32,000 nucleotides of DNA from an uncultured Planctomycetota bacterium (GCA_903847315.1 CAINDG010000040.1:80813-112812); one strand, 5' to 3'. Counted from the stretch's first letter, positions 1 through 9,603 are shown. Program-made: numbers and translations. Notes: generated from the sequence alone by a model not told the origin.

Positions 1-862
1 GGCGGTACGGAAAACAAGCGATATCTGGAACAAAATCCAGGAGGCGAACGCCGCCGCCGAAAGAGTATTTTCCCTTATGGATGAACCTGTTGAATTTGAA
101 AAACAGGATGCCGTGGAAATATCGCCGCTGAAGGATAAAATCGAATTCAGAAATGTGGTTTTCAGCTATCCGAATGGCAAACCCGTGCTGAACGGAGTTA
201 ATTTGACGGTAAAAGCAGGCCATACTGTGGCGATTGTCGGCCCCAACGGCTCAGGGAAAACGACTTTGGCAAACCTGGTTCCGAGATTCTACGATGTTGA
301 CAGCGGCTCTATTCTGATTGACGGCAGAGATGTGCGCGACGTTACCCTGAAAAGTCTCAGAGACCAGATTGGTATGGTAACGCAAAATGTCGTAACGTTT
401 AACGCCACCATCGCGGCAAATATTGCTTACGGCAAACCACAGGCCACAAAAGACGAAATCGTTAACGCCGCGAAATCTGCTTTCGCTGATGAATTTATTA
501 CTCCTTTGCCGAATGGCTATGATACAGTAATCGGTGAACAAGGCAGCGGCCTCAGCGGCGGGCAATTGCAGAGAATTATTATAGCCAGGGCGATTCTGAA
601 AAATCCGGCTATCCTGATTTTCGACGAGGCCACAAGTCAGGTTGATGCCGACAGCGAAGCCAAGATTCATAAGGCTGTCGAAAAAATTATGCAGGATAGA
701 ACATGTTTTATTATCGCGCACAGATTCAGCACTATTATCAATGCGGATGTAATCGTTGTTATGGATAAGGGCCGGATTATTGCACAGGGTTCGCACGAGC
801 AGCTTGCCAAGGGCTGCACTTTGTATAAGAGTTTGTACGAAACACAGTTGATTGTAACATGA
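1..862 (+). CDS. C-terminal nucleotide-binding domain of an MsbA/ABCB-type ABC exporter (5' end lies outside the window)
   Basis: The frame is open from base 2 (AVRKTSDIWNKIQEANAAAERVFSLMDEP precedes the first Met at 77). Walker A GPNGSGKTT, ABC signature LSGGQLQR, Walker B ILIFDEATS, H-loop IIAHR. Confidence 0.85.
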   Translation, partial: AVRKTSDIWNKIQEANAAAERVFSLMDEPVEFEKQDAVEISPLKDKIEFRNVVFSYPNGKPVLNGVNLTVKAGHTVAIVGPNGSGKTTLANLVPRFYDVDSGSILIDGRDVRDVTLKSLRDQIGMVTQNVVTFNATIAANIAYGKPQATKDEIVNAAKSAFADEFITPLPNGYDTVIGEQGSGLSGGQLQRIIIARAILKNPAILIFDEATSQVDADSEAKIHKAVEKIMQDRTCFIIAHRFSTIINADVIVVMDKGRIIAQGSHEQLAKGCTLYKSLYETQLIVT

Positions 863-1761
863 TTGAGGCGGGACTGCTGATGGCGCCAAATGTTAGTATC
901 TGCATTCCAACCTATAACAGAAAACATTTTCTAAAAGAAACCCTCGACAGTGTCTTTGCGCAGACATATAAGGATTTCGAGGTTGTTATAGTCGATGACG
1001 GCTCTACCGACGGCACAAAAGAAATGCTCCAGAAATGCGGCTATAATGTACGCTACTACTGGCAGAAAAATCAAGGTGAATCTGCAGCGCGAAACAAGCT
1101 GGTCGAGTTATCCAATGGGAAATACCTTACATTTATAGACTCAGATGATCTGTTATTTCCATATGCTGTAGAAGAACTTGTGGAAGCAATCGAAAAGTAT
1201 GGACCTGATACTGTCGCGTACAGCTCTTATGTTGGTATAGATGAAAAAGGCACCGAAGTAAAGCGAAAGCAACGAAAATTACCATCTGGAAATATTGTTG
1301 CTGACCTCTTTGAGTATATTTATGTACATTCCTGTGGAACTATGTGCACTAAGGAGTTATTTCAAGAAGTCGGTGGTTTTGATGTTTTACTACCGGTTTG
1401 TTCACCCTATATTGTCTGGTTAAAACTTTCTCTGGGGCATAGGTTTATAGCGGTGGAAAAACCGACGTTTAAGCGCCGCCGTCATTCAAGTAATTTATCG
1501 GAGAGGTCATTTGCTAATTGCAAGATAGAATTAGAAGTGCTTGAAAATTTTTATTACAACGACGGAGGCAAAAATGTAATTCCATACAAATTGGCGATGA
1601 AAAGATTAAGTAAGGAACAATACAGAGCCGCAAGAATCGCCATTAGAGAATCTATGCCAGAAACGGCCTGTGATTTTTTAAAAGGGTCTCTAAAACGGCA
1701 TTTTCGTTTGAAAACTTTATTCTGGCTTATTATTGCTAAGTTGAAAAGCTGGAAATTCTAA
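859..1761 (+). CDS. Glycosyltransferase family 2
   Basis: VSICIPTYNRKHFLKETLDSVFAQTYKDFEVVIVDDGSTDGT is a typical GT2 N-terminus, and FIDSDD is the DxD motif. The ATG overlaps the upstream stop (ATGA). An alternative start is at 880. Confidence 0.85.
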   Translation: MIEAGLLMAPNVSICIPTYNRKHFLKETLDSVFAQTYKDFEVVIVDDGSTDGTKEMLQKCGYNVRYYWQKNQGESAARNKLVELSNGKYLTFIDSDDLLFPYAVEELVEAIEKYGPDTVAYSSYVGIDEKGTEVKRKQRKLPSGNIVADLFEYIYVHSCGTMCTKELFQEVGGFDVLLPVCSPYIVWLKLSLGHRFIAVEKPTFKRRRHSSNLSERSFANCKIELEVLENFYYNDGGKNVIPYKLAMKRLSKEQYRAARIAIRESMPETACDFLKGSLKRHFRLKTLFWLIIAKLKSWKF

Positions 1762-2771
1762 CGATTTGCATACATTTTTTGATAATACTGCTGATAATTC
1801 CCGCTTGTAACATCGGCCAGCCATTTTTTGTTTTGTAAATACCAGTCTATTGTTTTTTTCAACCCATCTTCAAATTTAATCTTCGGCTTCCAGTTAAGTT
1901 GCGATGTAATTTTTGAGGCGTCCATCGCATATCGTCTGTCGTGGCCGGGACGGTCTTTAACAAATGTTATCAGCGATTCAGGCTTTTTCAGCAATTTAAG
2001 CAATGTCTTTACTACTTCAATATTGGTTTTCTCGCAGGATGCGCCGATATTATAGGTTTCTCCCTGCACGCCGTCGGTCAGAACCTTCCAAACAGCCCTG
2101 CAATGGTCTTCGACATGTATCCAGTCGCGGACATTCAAGCCGTCGCCGTAAACCGGCAGAGGTTTATCATTCAAGGCGTTATTTATCATAAGCGGAATCA
2201 TTTTTTCTGGAAATTGGAACGGGCCGTAATTATTTGAGCAGCGGGTTATATTATAATTCAGACCCCAGGTATGTCCGAAAGCTTTTACGAGAAGGTCGGC
2301 GGACGCCTTGCTTGCCGAATAAGGCGAATTGGGAGACAGGGACGTTTCTTCTGTAAATTCGCCGGTCGGGCCAAGCTGGCCGTAAACCTCATCAGTTGAA
2401 ATCTGTATGAAACGTTTAATCTTTTTATCGCAGGCGGCCTGCAGCAGGGTAAGTGTGCCGGTCACATTGGTTTCGATAAAAATTTTGGGGGCTATTATTG
2501 AACGGTCAACATGGCTTTCAGCGGCAAAGTTTATAATCGCTTCAATTTTGTGTTTGTCGATTAATTCCTCAACTGTTTTGCCGTCATTTATATCGGCCTT
2601 GACGAAAATATGATTTGGATGTTTGAGAAAACCCTCAAGATTTTCAAGATTGCCCGCATAAGTGAGCTTGTCGAGATTTACGATGAAACAATCGGGCTGC
2701 TCGGCAAGAATCAACCTTATGAAATTGCTGCCTATAAAACCCGCACCGCCTGTAACAAGAATCTTTTTCAT
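1758..2771 (-). CDS. rfbB: dTDP-glucose 4,6-dehydratase
   Basis: MKKILVTGGAGFIGSNF Rossmann motif and YSASKASAD (YxxxK). End-to-end resemblance to RmlB at 337 aa. Last gene of the overlapping rfbACDB operon. Confidence 0.93.
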   Translation of the reverse strand: MKKILVTGGAGFIGSNFIRLILAEQPDCFIVNLDKLTYAGNLENLEGFLKHPNHIFVKADINDGKTVEELIDKHKIEAIINFAAESHVDRSIIAPKIFIETNVTGTLTLLQAACDKKIKRFIQISTDEVYGQLGPTGEFTEETSLSPNSPYSASKASADLLVKAFGHTWGLNYNITRCSNNYGPFQFPEKMIPLMINNALNDKPLPVYGDGLNVRDWIHVEDHCRAVWKVLTDGVQGETYNIGASCEKTNIEVVKTLLKLLKKPESLITFVKDRPGHDRRYAMDASKITSQLNWKPKIKFEDGLKKTIDWYLQNKKWLADVTSGNYQQYYQKMYANR

Positions 2772-3601
2772 ATAGTTTTTAAAAACCTTTCAAGCGGTTT
2801 TTGCCATAATTCGATTGGTTTGTCAAGTAAAGATTGTATTTTGTCGCAGCAGAACCTGCTGTTGGCAGGTCTGGCAGCAGCGGTTTTAAATTCGCTTGTT
2901 TTGCAGGGAATCAGTTCTGTATTTATTTTCAGTTTTTCAAAGACAAATTTTGCCATTTGATACCGGTTTGTAAAGCCGGCCGCGGAATAATGAAAAATGC
3001 CTCGCGGTTTTTTTGCGATAAATTCACGAATAACTTTCGCCGCCTCCTGGGTCCATGTCGGCGAGCCAAACTGGTCGTCAATAACCTTTAAACTGTTTTT
3101 CTGCCGGGAAAGAGAAATAAGTTTGGCGATAAAATTATTGCCGTTTTTGCCGTAAGTCCACTGCACGCGGATTATGGCGCAGGAATTGTGATTTTTCGTC
3201 AGGAGTATTTCGCCTTCGAGTTTGCTTTTGCCGTAAGCGTTTATAGGGTTTGGCTCATCGGTTTCGAGGTAAGGCGTTTCTTTTCTGCCGTCAAAAACAA
3301 AATCGGTGCCTATGTGAATAACATAAATATTTTTTTTATGAGCGATTTGAGCAAGAGTGCCGACCGCCTCGGCATTTATTTTAAAAGCCTGTTCATATTG
3401 ACTTTCAGCCTTTTCGACATCTGTAAATGCTGCGCAATTGATGACGACATTTGCGCCTTCGATGGTTTCTTCGAGTTGCTTTTTATTAGTGATGTCGAAT
3501 TCAGGCAGGTCAAAAGCGATTATATTATCCTTGGCGCATAAACTATAAACTTCAGAGCCGAGCATACCCTTTGCGCCGAGCAGGACGATTTTCTCAGCCA
3601 T
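2768..3601 (-). CDS. rfbD: dTDP-4-dehydrorhamnose reductase
   Basis: MAEKIVLLGAKGMLG nucleotide-binding N-terminus and YGKSKLEGE (YxxxK). I prefer the ATG at 3601 over the ORF-track start at 3658 because the upstream residues lie inside rfbC. 4-nt overlap with rfbB. Confidence 0.85.
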   Translation of the reverse strand: MAEKIVLLGAKGMLGSEVYSLCAKDNIIAFDLPEFDITNKKQLEETIEGANVVINCAAFTDVEKAESQYEQAFKINAEAVGTLAQIAHKKNIYVIHIGTDFVFDGRKETPYLETDEPNPINAYGKSKLEGEILLTKNHNSCAIIRVQWTYGKNGNNFIAKLISLSRQKNSLKVIDDQFGSPTWTQEAAKVIREFIAKKPRGIFHYSAAGFTNRYQMAKFVFEKLKINTELIPCKTSEFKTAAARPANSRFCCDKIQSLLDKPIELWQKPLERFLKTI

Positions 3602-4121
3602 CTTTGCGAGTCCAGTCGTAAGGAATATCATTATCGTGAGCGGGAATTCTAAATTCATCCGGCTGACTGTAATTATAAACTTCAGTCGGCAGGTTTATTA
3701 TGTACGCTTCATCCTGACTTACGCACATCCAGCCGTGGCATACGCCGGGCGGAATCCTTAAAACAGCAGGACAATGTTCGCTGAGATAAATCTGATTGAC
3801 GCAGCCTTTTGTTTTTGAGTCGTCCCGCTTGTCGTAGAGAGCGACTTTTACTGTGCCCTTTGCAACGTAGAAGTAGTCGGTCTGTTTTTTGTGCCAGTGC
3901 CATGCTTTTACAACTCCCGAATACGTTGTTGTAAAATACACCTGACCGAATTTTTCAAACATCTCATCATCGGCTCGCATAATTTCGCCGAGTCTGCCTC
4001 GTTCGTCCGGGAGGACTTTGGCGGCTTTTATCTTAACGCCTTCAATCAGACCGGCCGAACCCGTAATGATGATTGAACCGTCGGAAAATACTCTTTTTAA
4101 ATCTGCGATTTTTTTTGTCAT
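3594..4121 (-). CDS. rfbC: dTDP-4-dehydrorhamnose 3,5-epimerase (RmlC-type cupin, short form)
   Basis: Cupin core KAWHWHKKQTDYFYVAKGTVKVALYDKRDDSKTKG ... IPPGVCHGW ... EVYNYSQPDEFRIP. It sits between rfbA and rfbD. A related sugar keto-isomerase or epimerase cannot be fully excluded. Confidence 0.75.
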   Translation of the reverse strand: MTKKIADLKRVFSDGSIIITGSAGLIEGVKIKAAKVLPDERGRLGEIMRADDEMFEKFGQVYFTTTYSGVVKAWHWHKKQTDYFYVAKGTVKVALYDKRDDSKTKGCVNQIYLSEHCPAVLRIPPGVCHGWMCVSQDEAYIINLPTEVYNYSQPDEFRIPAHDNDIPYDWTRKDG

Positions 4122-4855
4122 TCTGGCGGCTCCTTAACGACTAATTCGTTTGCTGCATTAAGCGACTCAAATGTGCCGGCATCCGTCCACCAGCCTGCGA
4201 GGATATCATATTCAAGCTGTTTGCGGCTGATATAGGCATTATTGACGTCAGTGATTTCAAGTTCGCCTCTACCGGAAGGCTTAAGCGTTTTGATTATATT
4301 AAAAATATCGCTGTCGTAGAAATATATGCCGGTTACGGCATAATCGGTTTTCGGCTGCTTGGGTTTTTCAATAATTTTCGTTACTTTATTATCTGAAATT
4401 TCAGCGACGCCGAAACGCTGCGGATTTTCAACCTGTTTCAGCAGGACTCTCGCTCCTTTTTTCTGGGCGATGAATTTTTGCATATAGCTTTTTAATGAAG
4501 CCCTGAAAATGTTATCGCCGAGAATTACTGCAAGGCCGCTGTCGTCCGCGAAATTTTCCGCAAGGGCAAGTGCATGAGCGATACCGCCGGCGGTGTCCTG
4601 AACTTTGTAGGTAAACCGGCAGCCGAAATCTTTGCCCGACCCGAGCAGATTTACCACATCGCCCATATGGTCAATGCCTGTTACAATAAGGATTTCCTCT
4701 ATCCCCGCCGAGACAAGTTTTTCGACAGGGTAGTAAATCATCGGTTTTTTGCCGACCGCCAGCAGATGCTTATTTGTAACCTTTGTCAAAGGCATCAGGC
4801 GTGAGCCTGTTCCGCCGGCCAGAACAACACCTTTTATGTCCACAAATTTCTCCAT
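4118..4855 (-). CDS. rfbA: Glucose-1-phosphate thymidylyltransferase (short ~245-aa form)
   Basis: GVVLAGGTGSRLMPLTKVTNKHLLAVGKKPMIYYPV nucleotidyltransferase motif. First gene of the minus-strand rhamnose operon, with a 4-nt overlap with rfbC. Confidence 0.85.
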   Translation of the reverse strand: MEKFVDIKGVVLAGGTGSRLMPLTKVTNKHLLAVGKKPMIYYPVEKLVSAGIEEILIVTGIDHMGDVVNLLGSGKDFGCRFTYKVQDTAGGIAHALALAENFADDSGLAVILGDNIFRASLKSYMQKFIAQKKGARVLLKQVENPQRFGVAEISDNKVTKIIEKPKQPKTDYAVTGIYFYDSDIFNIIKTLKPSGRGELEITDVNNAYISRKQLEYDILAGWWTDAGTFESLNAANELVVKEPPE

Positions 4856-5082
4856 TTAAGCAGCTGAACTACAGAATTTTACAATCATCGGACAGAGAAG
4901 TCAATTAAAGGCTGTTTTTCTTTAAAACTATATTGAAATATCGGGGTTCAGGAACCTTTATAGGCCATAACAATATAGCTTGAAAAAGAGTTAGCTATAC
5001 TGTCTAATTTGGCGCTGTTATAGGCTAAAACACCTGTGGTGATTAATAATATACGGTGACAGTGAGGTCAAAGGAATAAAAT
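4856..5082. promoter_or_regulatory. Divergent intergenic control region between the rfb operon (-) and the PHPT gene (+)
   Basis: 227-bp AT-rich spacer between divergently oriented operons. It contains the palindrome GGTTC-AG-GAACC (4945-4956), the inverted repeat TATAGCT-N12-AGCTATA (4974-4999) and the direct repeat TTATAGGC (4958-4965, 5018-5025). RBS AAAGGAATAAAATATG precedes 5083. Promoters are not mapped. Confidence 0.35.
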
Positions 5083-6489
5083 ATGCTGAGGCGATACGCG
5101 GTTCTTGTATCTCTGTTTCGTTCAATCAGCGATATTTGTATTATTGGTTGTATCTGGTTTTTCGTTTTCTATATTCGATTTCATACGGGGATATTTACTA
5201 CAGCCAAAGGAATACCGGATTTTAAAAGACATTTGCTGTTAACGCTGCCGGTTGTTCTTATTTGCTATTTGGGATGTCTGTTAAGCGGCCTTTATAAATC
5301 CAAAAGGGCGATAAATACATTTGTACAGCTTGCGGATATTTTTAAGGCCAGTCTCTTCGGCGGACTGTTTGTACTGGTGTTCTTTTACTATCTGCAGGAT
5401 ACGCCTTATTCGCGAAAATTGCTGACCTTGTTTATAGTTATGTTGTTTCTTGGTTTGATTTTTTCGCATTCATTAACAATGGTAATAATGCAAAGGCTGC
5501 GGGCAAGGGGCCACAACCTGCGTTATTATGCCATAATAGGAGCCGGCCAGCAGGCCCAGCAACTCGTCCGTGACATAGAGCAGATGGGATGGCTGGGATT
5601 AAAATGTGCTTTTTTCATAGATAATAATCCGGCTAATATTGGCACGGAATTGATGGGGATTCCTGTACAAGGCCCTGTTGAAAAATTAACCGAATTAGTA
5701 AAAACCAATCCGATAGACGAAATTTATCTTGCTTTAGGCGGAAGCGAAGCGCAAAGAGCGTATCCGGTTCTCAAACTTCTTCAATATGCCGGCGTAACCA
5801 TACGTATCATACCCGATTGGGGCGACCTGGCTTCAATAAGCGACGCTACGGTAATAACCATAGGCTCTCAGGTTCTTTTTTCGGCTGCCGATTCTCCGCT
5901 GGACGGCGTTAATCTTTTATTGAAAGAGGCTTTTGACCGCTTAATCGCTTTAATGCTGCTGACAGTGTTTGCCGTACCTATGGCATTGATAGCTGCTTTG
6001 ATTAAGTTGACGAGCAAAGGGCCGGTTTTCTATAAACAGGTACGAATGGGGATGGACCAAAAAGAATTCGAAATATTTAAATTTCGTACTATGATAACAA
6101 ATGCGGAAAAAGAAAATGGTCCTCAATGGTCCAAACATAACGACCCAAGATGTACTCGAATCGGGGCATGGCTTCGCCACCTCAGTCTTGACGAACTCCC
6201 GCAGCTTATAAATGTAGCGAAAGGTCAAATGAGTCTGGTCGGCCCCAGACCGGAACGTCCAGTTTTCGCAAAGCAGTTCTCTGAAGAATACAAAGATTAT
6301 ATGCTCAGGCATAAAGTTAAAGCCGGTATGACAGGATGGGCGCAGATAAATGGTTTTCGCGGCGATACCTCTCTTAGAAAAAGATTGTTGTATGACTTGT
6401 ATTATGTCCGGAACTGGTCTTTTGGCCTGGATATATGGATTTTACTGCGAACGCCGTGGCATATTATGAAAGGAGAAAATGCGCATTGA
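5083..6489 (+). CDS. Polyprenyl-phosphate hexose-1-phosphate transferase (WbaP/WcaJ-type initiating phosphoglycosyltransferase)
   Basis: N-terminal TM helices, a central Rossmann-like YYAIIGAGQQAQQL, and the C-terminal bacterial sugar transferase domain KGPVFYKQVRMG...FKFRTM...DELPQLINVAKGQMSLVGPRPERP. Confidence 0.9.
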   Translation: MLRRYAVLVSLFRSISDICIIGCIWFFVFYIRFHTGIFTTAKGIPDFKRHLLLTLPVVLICYLGCLLSGLYKSKRAINTFVQLADIFKASLFGGLFVLVFFYYLQDTPYSRKLLTLFIVMLFLGLIFSHSLTMVIMQRLRARGHNLRYYAIIGAGQQAQQLVRDIEQMGWLGLKCAFFIDNNPANIGTELMGIPVQGPVEKLTELVKTNPIDEIYLALGGSEAQRAYPVLKLLQYAGVTIRIIPDWGDLASISDATVITIGSQVLFSAADSPLDGVNLLLKEAFDRLIALMLLTVFAVPMALIAALIKLTSKGPVFYKQVRMGMDQKEFEIFKFRTMITNAEKENGPQWSKHNDPRCTRIGAWLRHLSLDELPQLINVAKGQMSLVGPRPERPVFAKQFSEEYKDYMLRHKVKAGMTGWAQINGFRGDTSLRKRLLYDLYYVRNWSFGLDIWILLRTPWHIMKGENAH

Positions 6490-8012
6490 AAATAACTCCC
6501 GAACAATCCGATAAAAGCAGAGATTTTACCAATGTGTTGATATTGCTGACAATAGCATTGTGTCTCGGCATATATCTTATTGTTACAACGGTTATCATTG
6601 CCAGGGACGGAATAACGTTTATAAAATATGCTCAACGGTTCGAAACCGCTCCGGTAAAAACAATGGTCGAGGAGGCCCAGCATCCCGGTTATCCTCTGTT
6701 GATTCTTACCGCGCATAAAATAACAAGTTTTTTGCCTCAGAGTACATCAATAATGAGTTGGGTTTACTGCGGCCAAAGCGCAACACTGATATTCAGGCTG
6801 TTTGCTGTAATAATTCTGTATTTTATAGGCAAACATTTGTTGGGGGCGAAAATGGGTTTTTGGGGGATGTTGGTTCTCGTACTATTACCCAAGCCCGCAG
6901 AATACGGCAGTAACACCCTTAGCGATTGGCCGCATCTGTGTTTTCTTACGGCCGGTTTGCTGTTATTATTCAATGGGGCGACAAATAAAAAATGGTGGCT
7001 GTTTGGTTTTGCCGGACTTGCCATTGGAGCCGGATATATGGTTCGGCCCGAATGTGCATTGCTGGCATTTGTAGCTGGTTTATGGCTGGCTCTGCAATTT
7101 CTGTTGCCGGAACGTATTATGAGCAGAGGTAAAATATTGTCCGCGTTAGTCTTGATGTTGGTCGGATTCCTGGTTGTTGCCGGACCATATATGAAATTAA
7201 AGGGGGCAATATTCCCCAAGAAAAATGTCGGTCAATTTACTGCAAATTCGCAGCAGCAGGAAAATTCCGCCGAGGACGAACAGGTCGTATCGAAATCGCG
7301 TGTCTCGTCGTTTACGCCGCGGAATATCGCAAAGGGGATAGTCAAACTGGCTGGAAATATCGGCGAGACATTAATGTGGTTTTTTGTGCCGGCCATGTTC
7401 ATAGGGATGTACAAATGGCTTAAAACGAGAAAATGGTACGAGCCGGAAAAATTTCTCATAATCGTATTTATCGTCATCAACACTTTTATAATGATATGGC
7501 TGTATTGTAAGCATGGTTATATGAGTTACAGGCACACTTTGCCGATGCTGTTGCTTCCGATTCTTTATGTGCCCATCGGCTTACAGGAACTGGCGGTCTG
7601 GCTGCAGAAGAAATTTTTCGGGGAAGTTGAGCCGTCTGCCGCAGTAAATCGCAATGAGCGGTTTTGGTTTGTAGTTTTGTTTCTAATTGGTATCCTTATA
7701 TGTGTTCCTAAATGGCTGATGCCGATTCAGATGCAAAAGCAGGGCTACAGGGCCGCCGCGGAATGGCTCAAGGCCAATACAAATGATACGGATATTATCG
7801 CCATACCTGATTATCGCATAAGTTTTTATGCCCAGCGGGAAGGACGGATGTATAAGGAGGGAAGTATTCCCGACAATGCGGTATATGTTGTAAAAATACT
7901 GGAAAATACAAAAGACAGAACAATGTTAACAGACCAATCGGTCAAAATAGAGTACGAATATGTTGATAAAACAAAAAGAGATGTCGGCGTCATCATATAC
8001 AGAAAACCATAA
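6435..8012 (+). CDS. Polytopic membrane protein, GT-C fold glycosyltransferase-like (ArnT/PMT, family 39/83-like)
   Basis: About 10-12 predicted TM helices. The first loop ARDGITFIKYAQRF...HPGYPLL resembles the acidic first-loop region of ArnT/PMT_2 proteins, and there is a soluble C-terminal domain. The start is uncertain: ATG 6435 overlaps the upstream gene by 55 nt, and GTG 6534 is also possible. Confidence 0.55.
   Translation: MDFTANAVAYYERRKCALKITPEQSDKSRDFTNVLILLTIALCLGIYLIVTTVIIARDGITFIKYAQRFETAPVKTMVEEAQHPGYPLLILTAHKITSFLPQSTSIMSWVYCGQSATLIFRLFAVIILYFIGKHLLGAKMGFWGMLVLVLLPKPAEYGSNTLSDWPHLCFLTAGLLLLFNGATNKKWWLFGFAGLAIGAGYMVRPECALLAFVAGLWLALQFLLPERIMSRGKILSALVLMLVGFLVVAGPYMKLKGAIFPKKNVGQFTANSQQQENSAEDEQVVSKSRVSSFTPRNIAKGIVKLAGNIGETLMWFFVPAMFIGMYKWLKTRKWYEPEKFLIIVFIVINTFIMIWLYCKHGYMSYRHTLPMLLLPILYVPIGLQELAVWLQKKFFGEVEPSAAVNRNERFWFVVLFLIGILICVPKWLMPIQMQKQGYRAAAEWLKANTNDTDIIAIPDYRISFYAQREGRMYKEGSIPDNAVYVVKILENTKDRTMLTDQSVKIEYEYVDKTKRDVGVIIYRKP
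7659..7877 (+). repeat. Source copy of a direct repeat (inside the GT-C gene 3' region) whose degraded duplicate lies at 13951-14094
   Basis: By hand alignment, 7659-7784 matches 13951-14076: the first ~70 nt are identical, then there are ~7 substitutions. 7858-7875 matches 14077-14094. The intervening 7785-7857 is absent from the second copy. Confidence 0.8.
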
Positions 8013-8799
8013 ACAAAGAAATCCTTTGGGCAGAAGGAATTATCTCTATTTGACGCTGATAATGGCGATAACAGACTTCAAAATAAAGTATGATAATTCC
8101 GCTTTAGGGTATTTGTGGAGTCTCCTAAAACCGCTGCTGATGTTTGGCACGTTATATCTCGTGTTTTCGGTATTTGTCAGATGGCAGGTTGAGAACTACA
8201 GATTATATCTTCTTTTGGGGATTATACTCTGGAATTTTCTGGCGGAAGTAACTTTGAATAGTATGGTGCTGCTGGAGGGCAAAGCCTCTATCCTCAAAAA
8301 AATATATTTTCCTCGCTGGATTATTGTTATAGCTTCTTCCCTGACTTCCATTCTTACGTTATTTCTCAATATAATTGTTTTCTTTATCTTTTTTATTTTT
8401 TCCAGGGATGCACACTTTCATTTAAGTTTGTTGCTGCTGATAGTTTATTTTATAGAGCTTTATATACTTGTCGTTGGTCTTGCTCTTTTATTATGTTCAC
8501 TGTTTCCAAAATTTCGTGACATTCATCATATTTGGGAAGTTTTTGTTCAGCTTGGTTTTTGGGCGACCCCGATTATATATCCGATAACGATAGTTCCACA
8601 GAAGTATCATAAATTGATATTTTTGAATCCGGTCGCGAGAATTATCCAGGGCTGCAGGGAGGCATTGGCGATTGGAACAGGCACTGAATTTTCAAGCTTT
8701 ACGAATCATTTCATTATAATTTCCTTCGCGGTTTGTCTGTTTTTAGTAGGCTTGACGCTGTTTAACAGATTATCGCGCACTTTTGCAGAGGATCTATGA
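7981..8799 (+). CDS. wzm: ABC-2 type polysaccharide exporter permease
   Basis: ITDFKIKYDNSALGYLWSLLKPL is the characteristic ABC-2 N-terminal motif, followed by six hydrophobic segments. It is directly followed by the overlapping ATPase gene. The start is ambiguous (7960, 7981 or TTG 8026). Confidence 0.8.
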   Translation: MSASSYTENHKQRNPLGRRNYLYLTLIMAITDFKIKYDNSALGYLWSLLKPLLMFGTLYLVFSVFVRWQVENYRLYLLLGIILWNFLAEVTLNSMVLLEGKASILKKIYFPRWIIVIASSLTSILTLFLNIIVFFIFFIFSRDAHFHLSLLLLIVYFIELYILVVGLALLLCSLFPKFRDIHHIWEVFVQLGFWATPIIYPITIVPQKYHKLIFLNPVARIIQGCREALAIGTGTEFSSFTNHFIIISFAVCLFLVGLTLFNRLSRTFAEDL

Positions 8800-9533
8800 T
8801 AAATATTGAGGGGCTAAACAAAGTTTTTCTTCTTCCTCATCAGAGGAAAACAACTCTGCGGCAGAGGTTTGTCAGTCTTTTTCAGAGGAATACCTATGAA
8901 GAGTTTTATGCTCTGCGCGACATAAGCCTGAAGGTTGGCAAGGGCGAATTTGTCGGGATAATAGGCAAAAATGGTTCGGGCAAATCAACTTTGTTAAAAC
9001 TTATAGCCAGCGTGCTTACGCCTACATCCGGGGAAATCAGCGTAAACGGCGACGTAGCGCCTTTTCTCGAACTGGGCGTCGGGTTTCAGGGAGATTTGAG
9101 CGTCAAAGATAACATCTTCCTTTATGGCGCTCTGCTGGGGATGACTCGAAAGGAGATAATTAGCAAATACGACCGGATAGTCGAATTCTCTGGCTTAGAA
9201 AGATTCGTTGACGCCAAGCTTAAGAATCTTTCTTCCGGAATGCAGGTTCGGCTTGGTTTTTCGATAACCGTAGCCGTTGAAAGCCCTATTCTTTTGGTTG
9301 ATGAGGTTCTGGCGGTTGGCGACCTTGATTTTCAGCAGAAGTGCTATGATACTTTCCGCAACTTTAAAAAGCTTGGGAAAACCATTTTATTTGTAAGTCA
9401 CGATTTGGATGCGATTGAAAAATTCAGCGACAGAGTAATTTTGCTTAAAAAAGGCCGGATTGAAAATTACGATATAGGTCATAATGTCGTAGCGGCGTAT
9501 AAGGCAACAATAGACAACCGTAGTTTTATTTAA
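8796..9533 (+). CDS. wzt: Polysaccharide ABC exporter ATP-binding protein, NBD only (no C-terminal carbohydrate-binding extension)
   Basis: Walker A GKNGSGKSTLLK, signature LSSGMQVRLGFS, Walker B ILLVDEVLAVGD, all TagH/Wzt-like. 245 aa. ATGA overlap with wzm. Confidence 0.88.
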   Translation: MINIEGLNKVFLLPHQRKTTLRQRFVSLFQRNTYEEFYALRDISLKVGKGEFVGIIGKNGSGKSTLLKLIASVLTPTSGEISVNGDVAPFLELGVGFQGDLSVKDNIFLYGALLGMTRKEIISKYDRIVEFSGLERFVDAKLKNLSSGMQVRLGFSITVAVESPILLVDEVLAVGDLDFQQKCYDTFRNFKKLGKTILFVSHDLDAIEKFSDRVILLKKGRIENYDIGHNVVAAYKATIDNRSFI

Positions 9534-9603
9534 ATATGAAAGAACGGACTATATTTAGCGTAATTATGCCCGTATAGAATCTTACAGATTAAGGGAAACT
9601 ATC

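Noticed and set aside
251-889. Long antisense ORFs opposite well-supported genes (251-889, 6764-7219, 16114-16464, 17355-17756, 21372-21719, 25829-26401, 27159-27716, 28123-28665, 29384-29857, 30790-31152 and 31500-31994, all on the - strand)
   Set aside because: Each lies entirely within, and antisense to, a CDS with strong family motifs. Their translations are low-complexity or Arg/Ser/Cys-rich with no recognisable motifs, as is typical of shadow ORFs.
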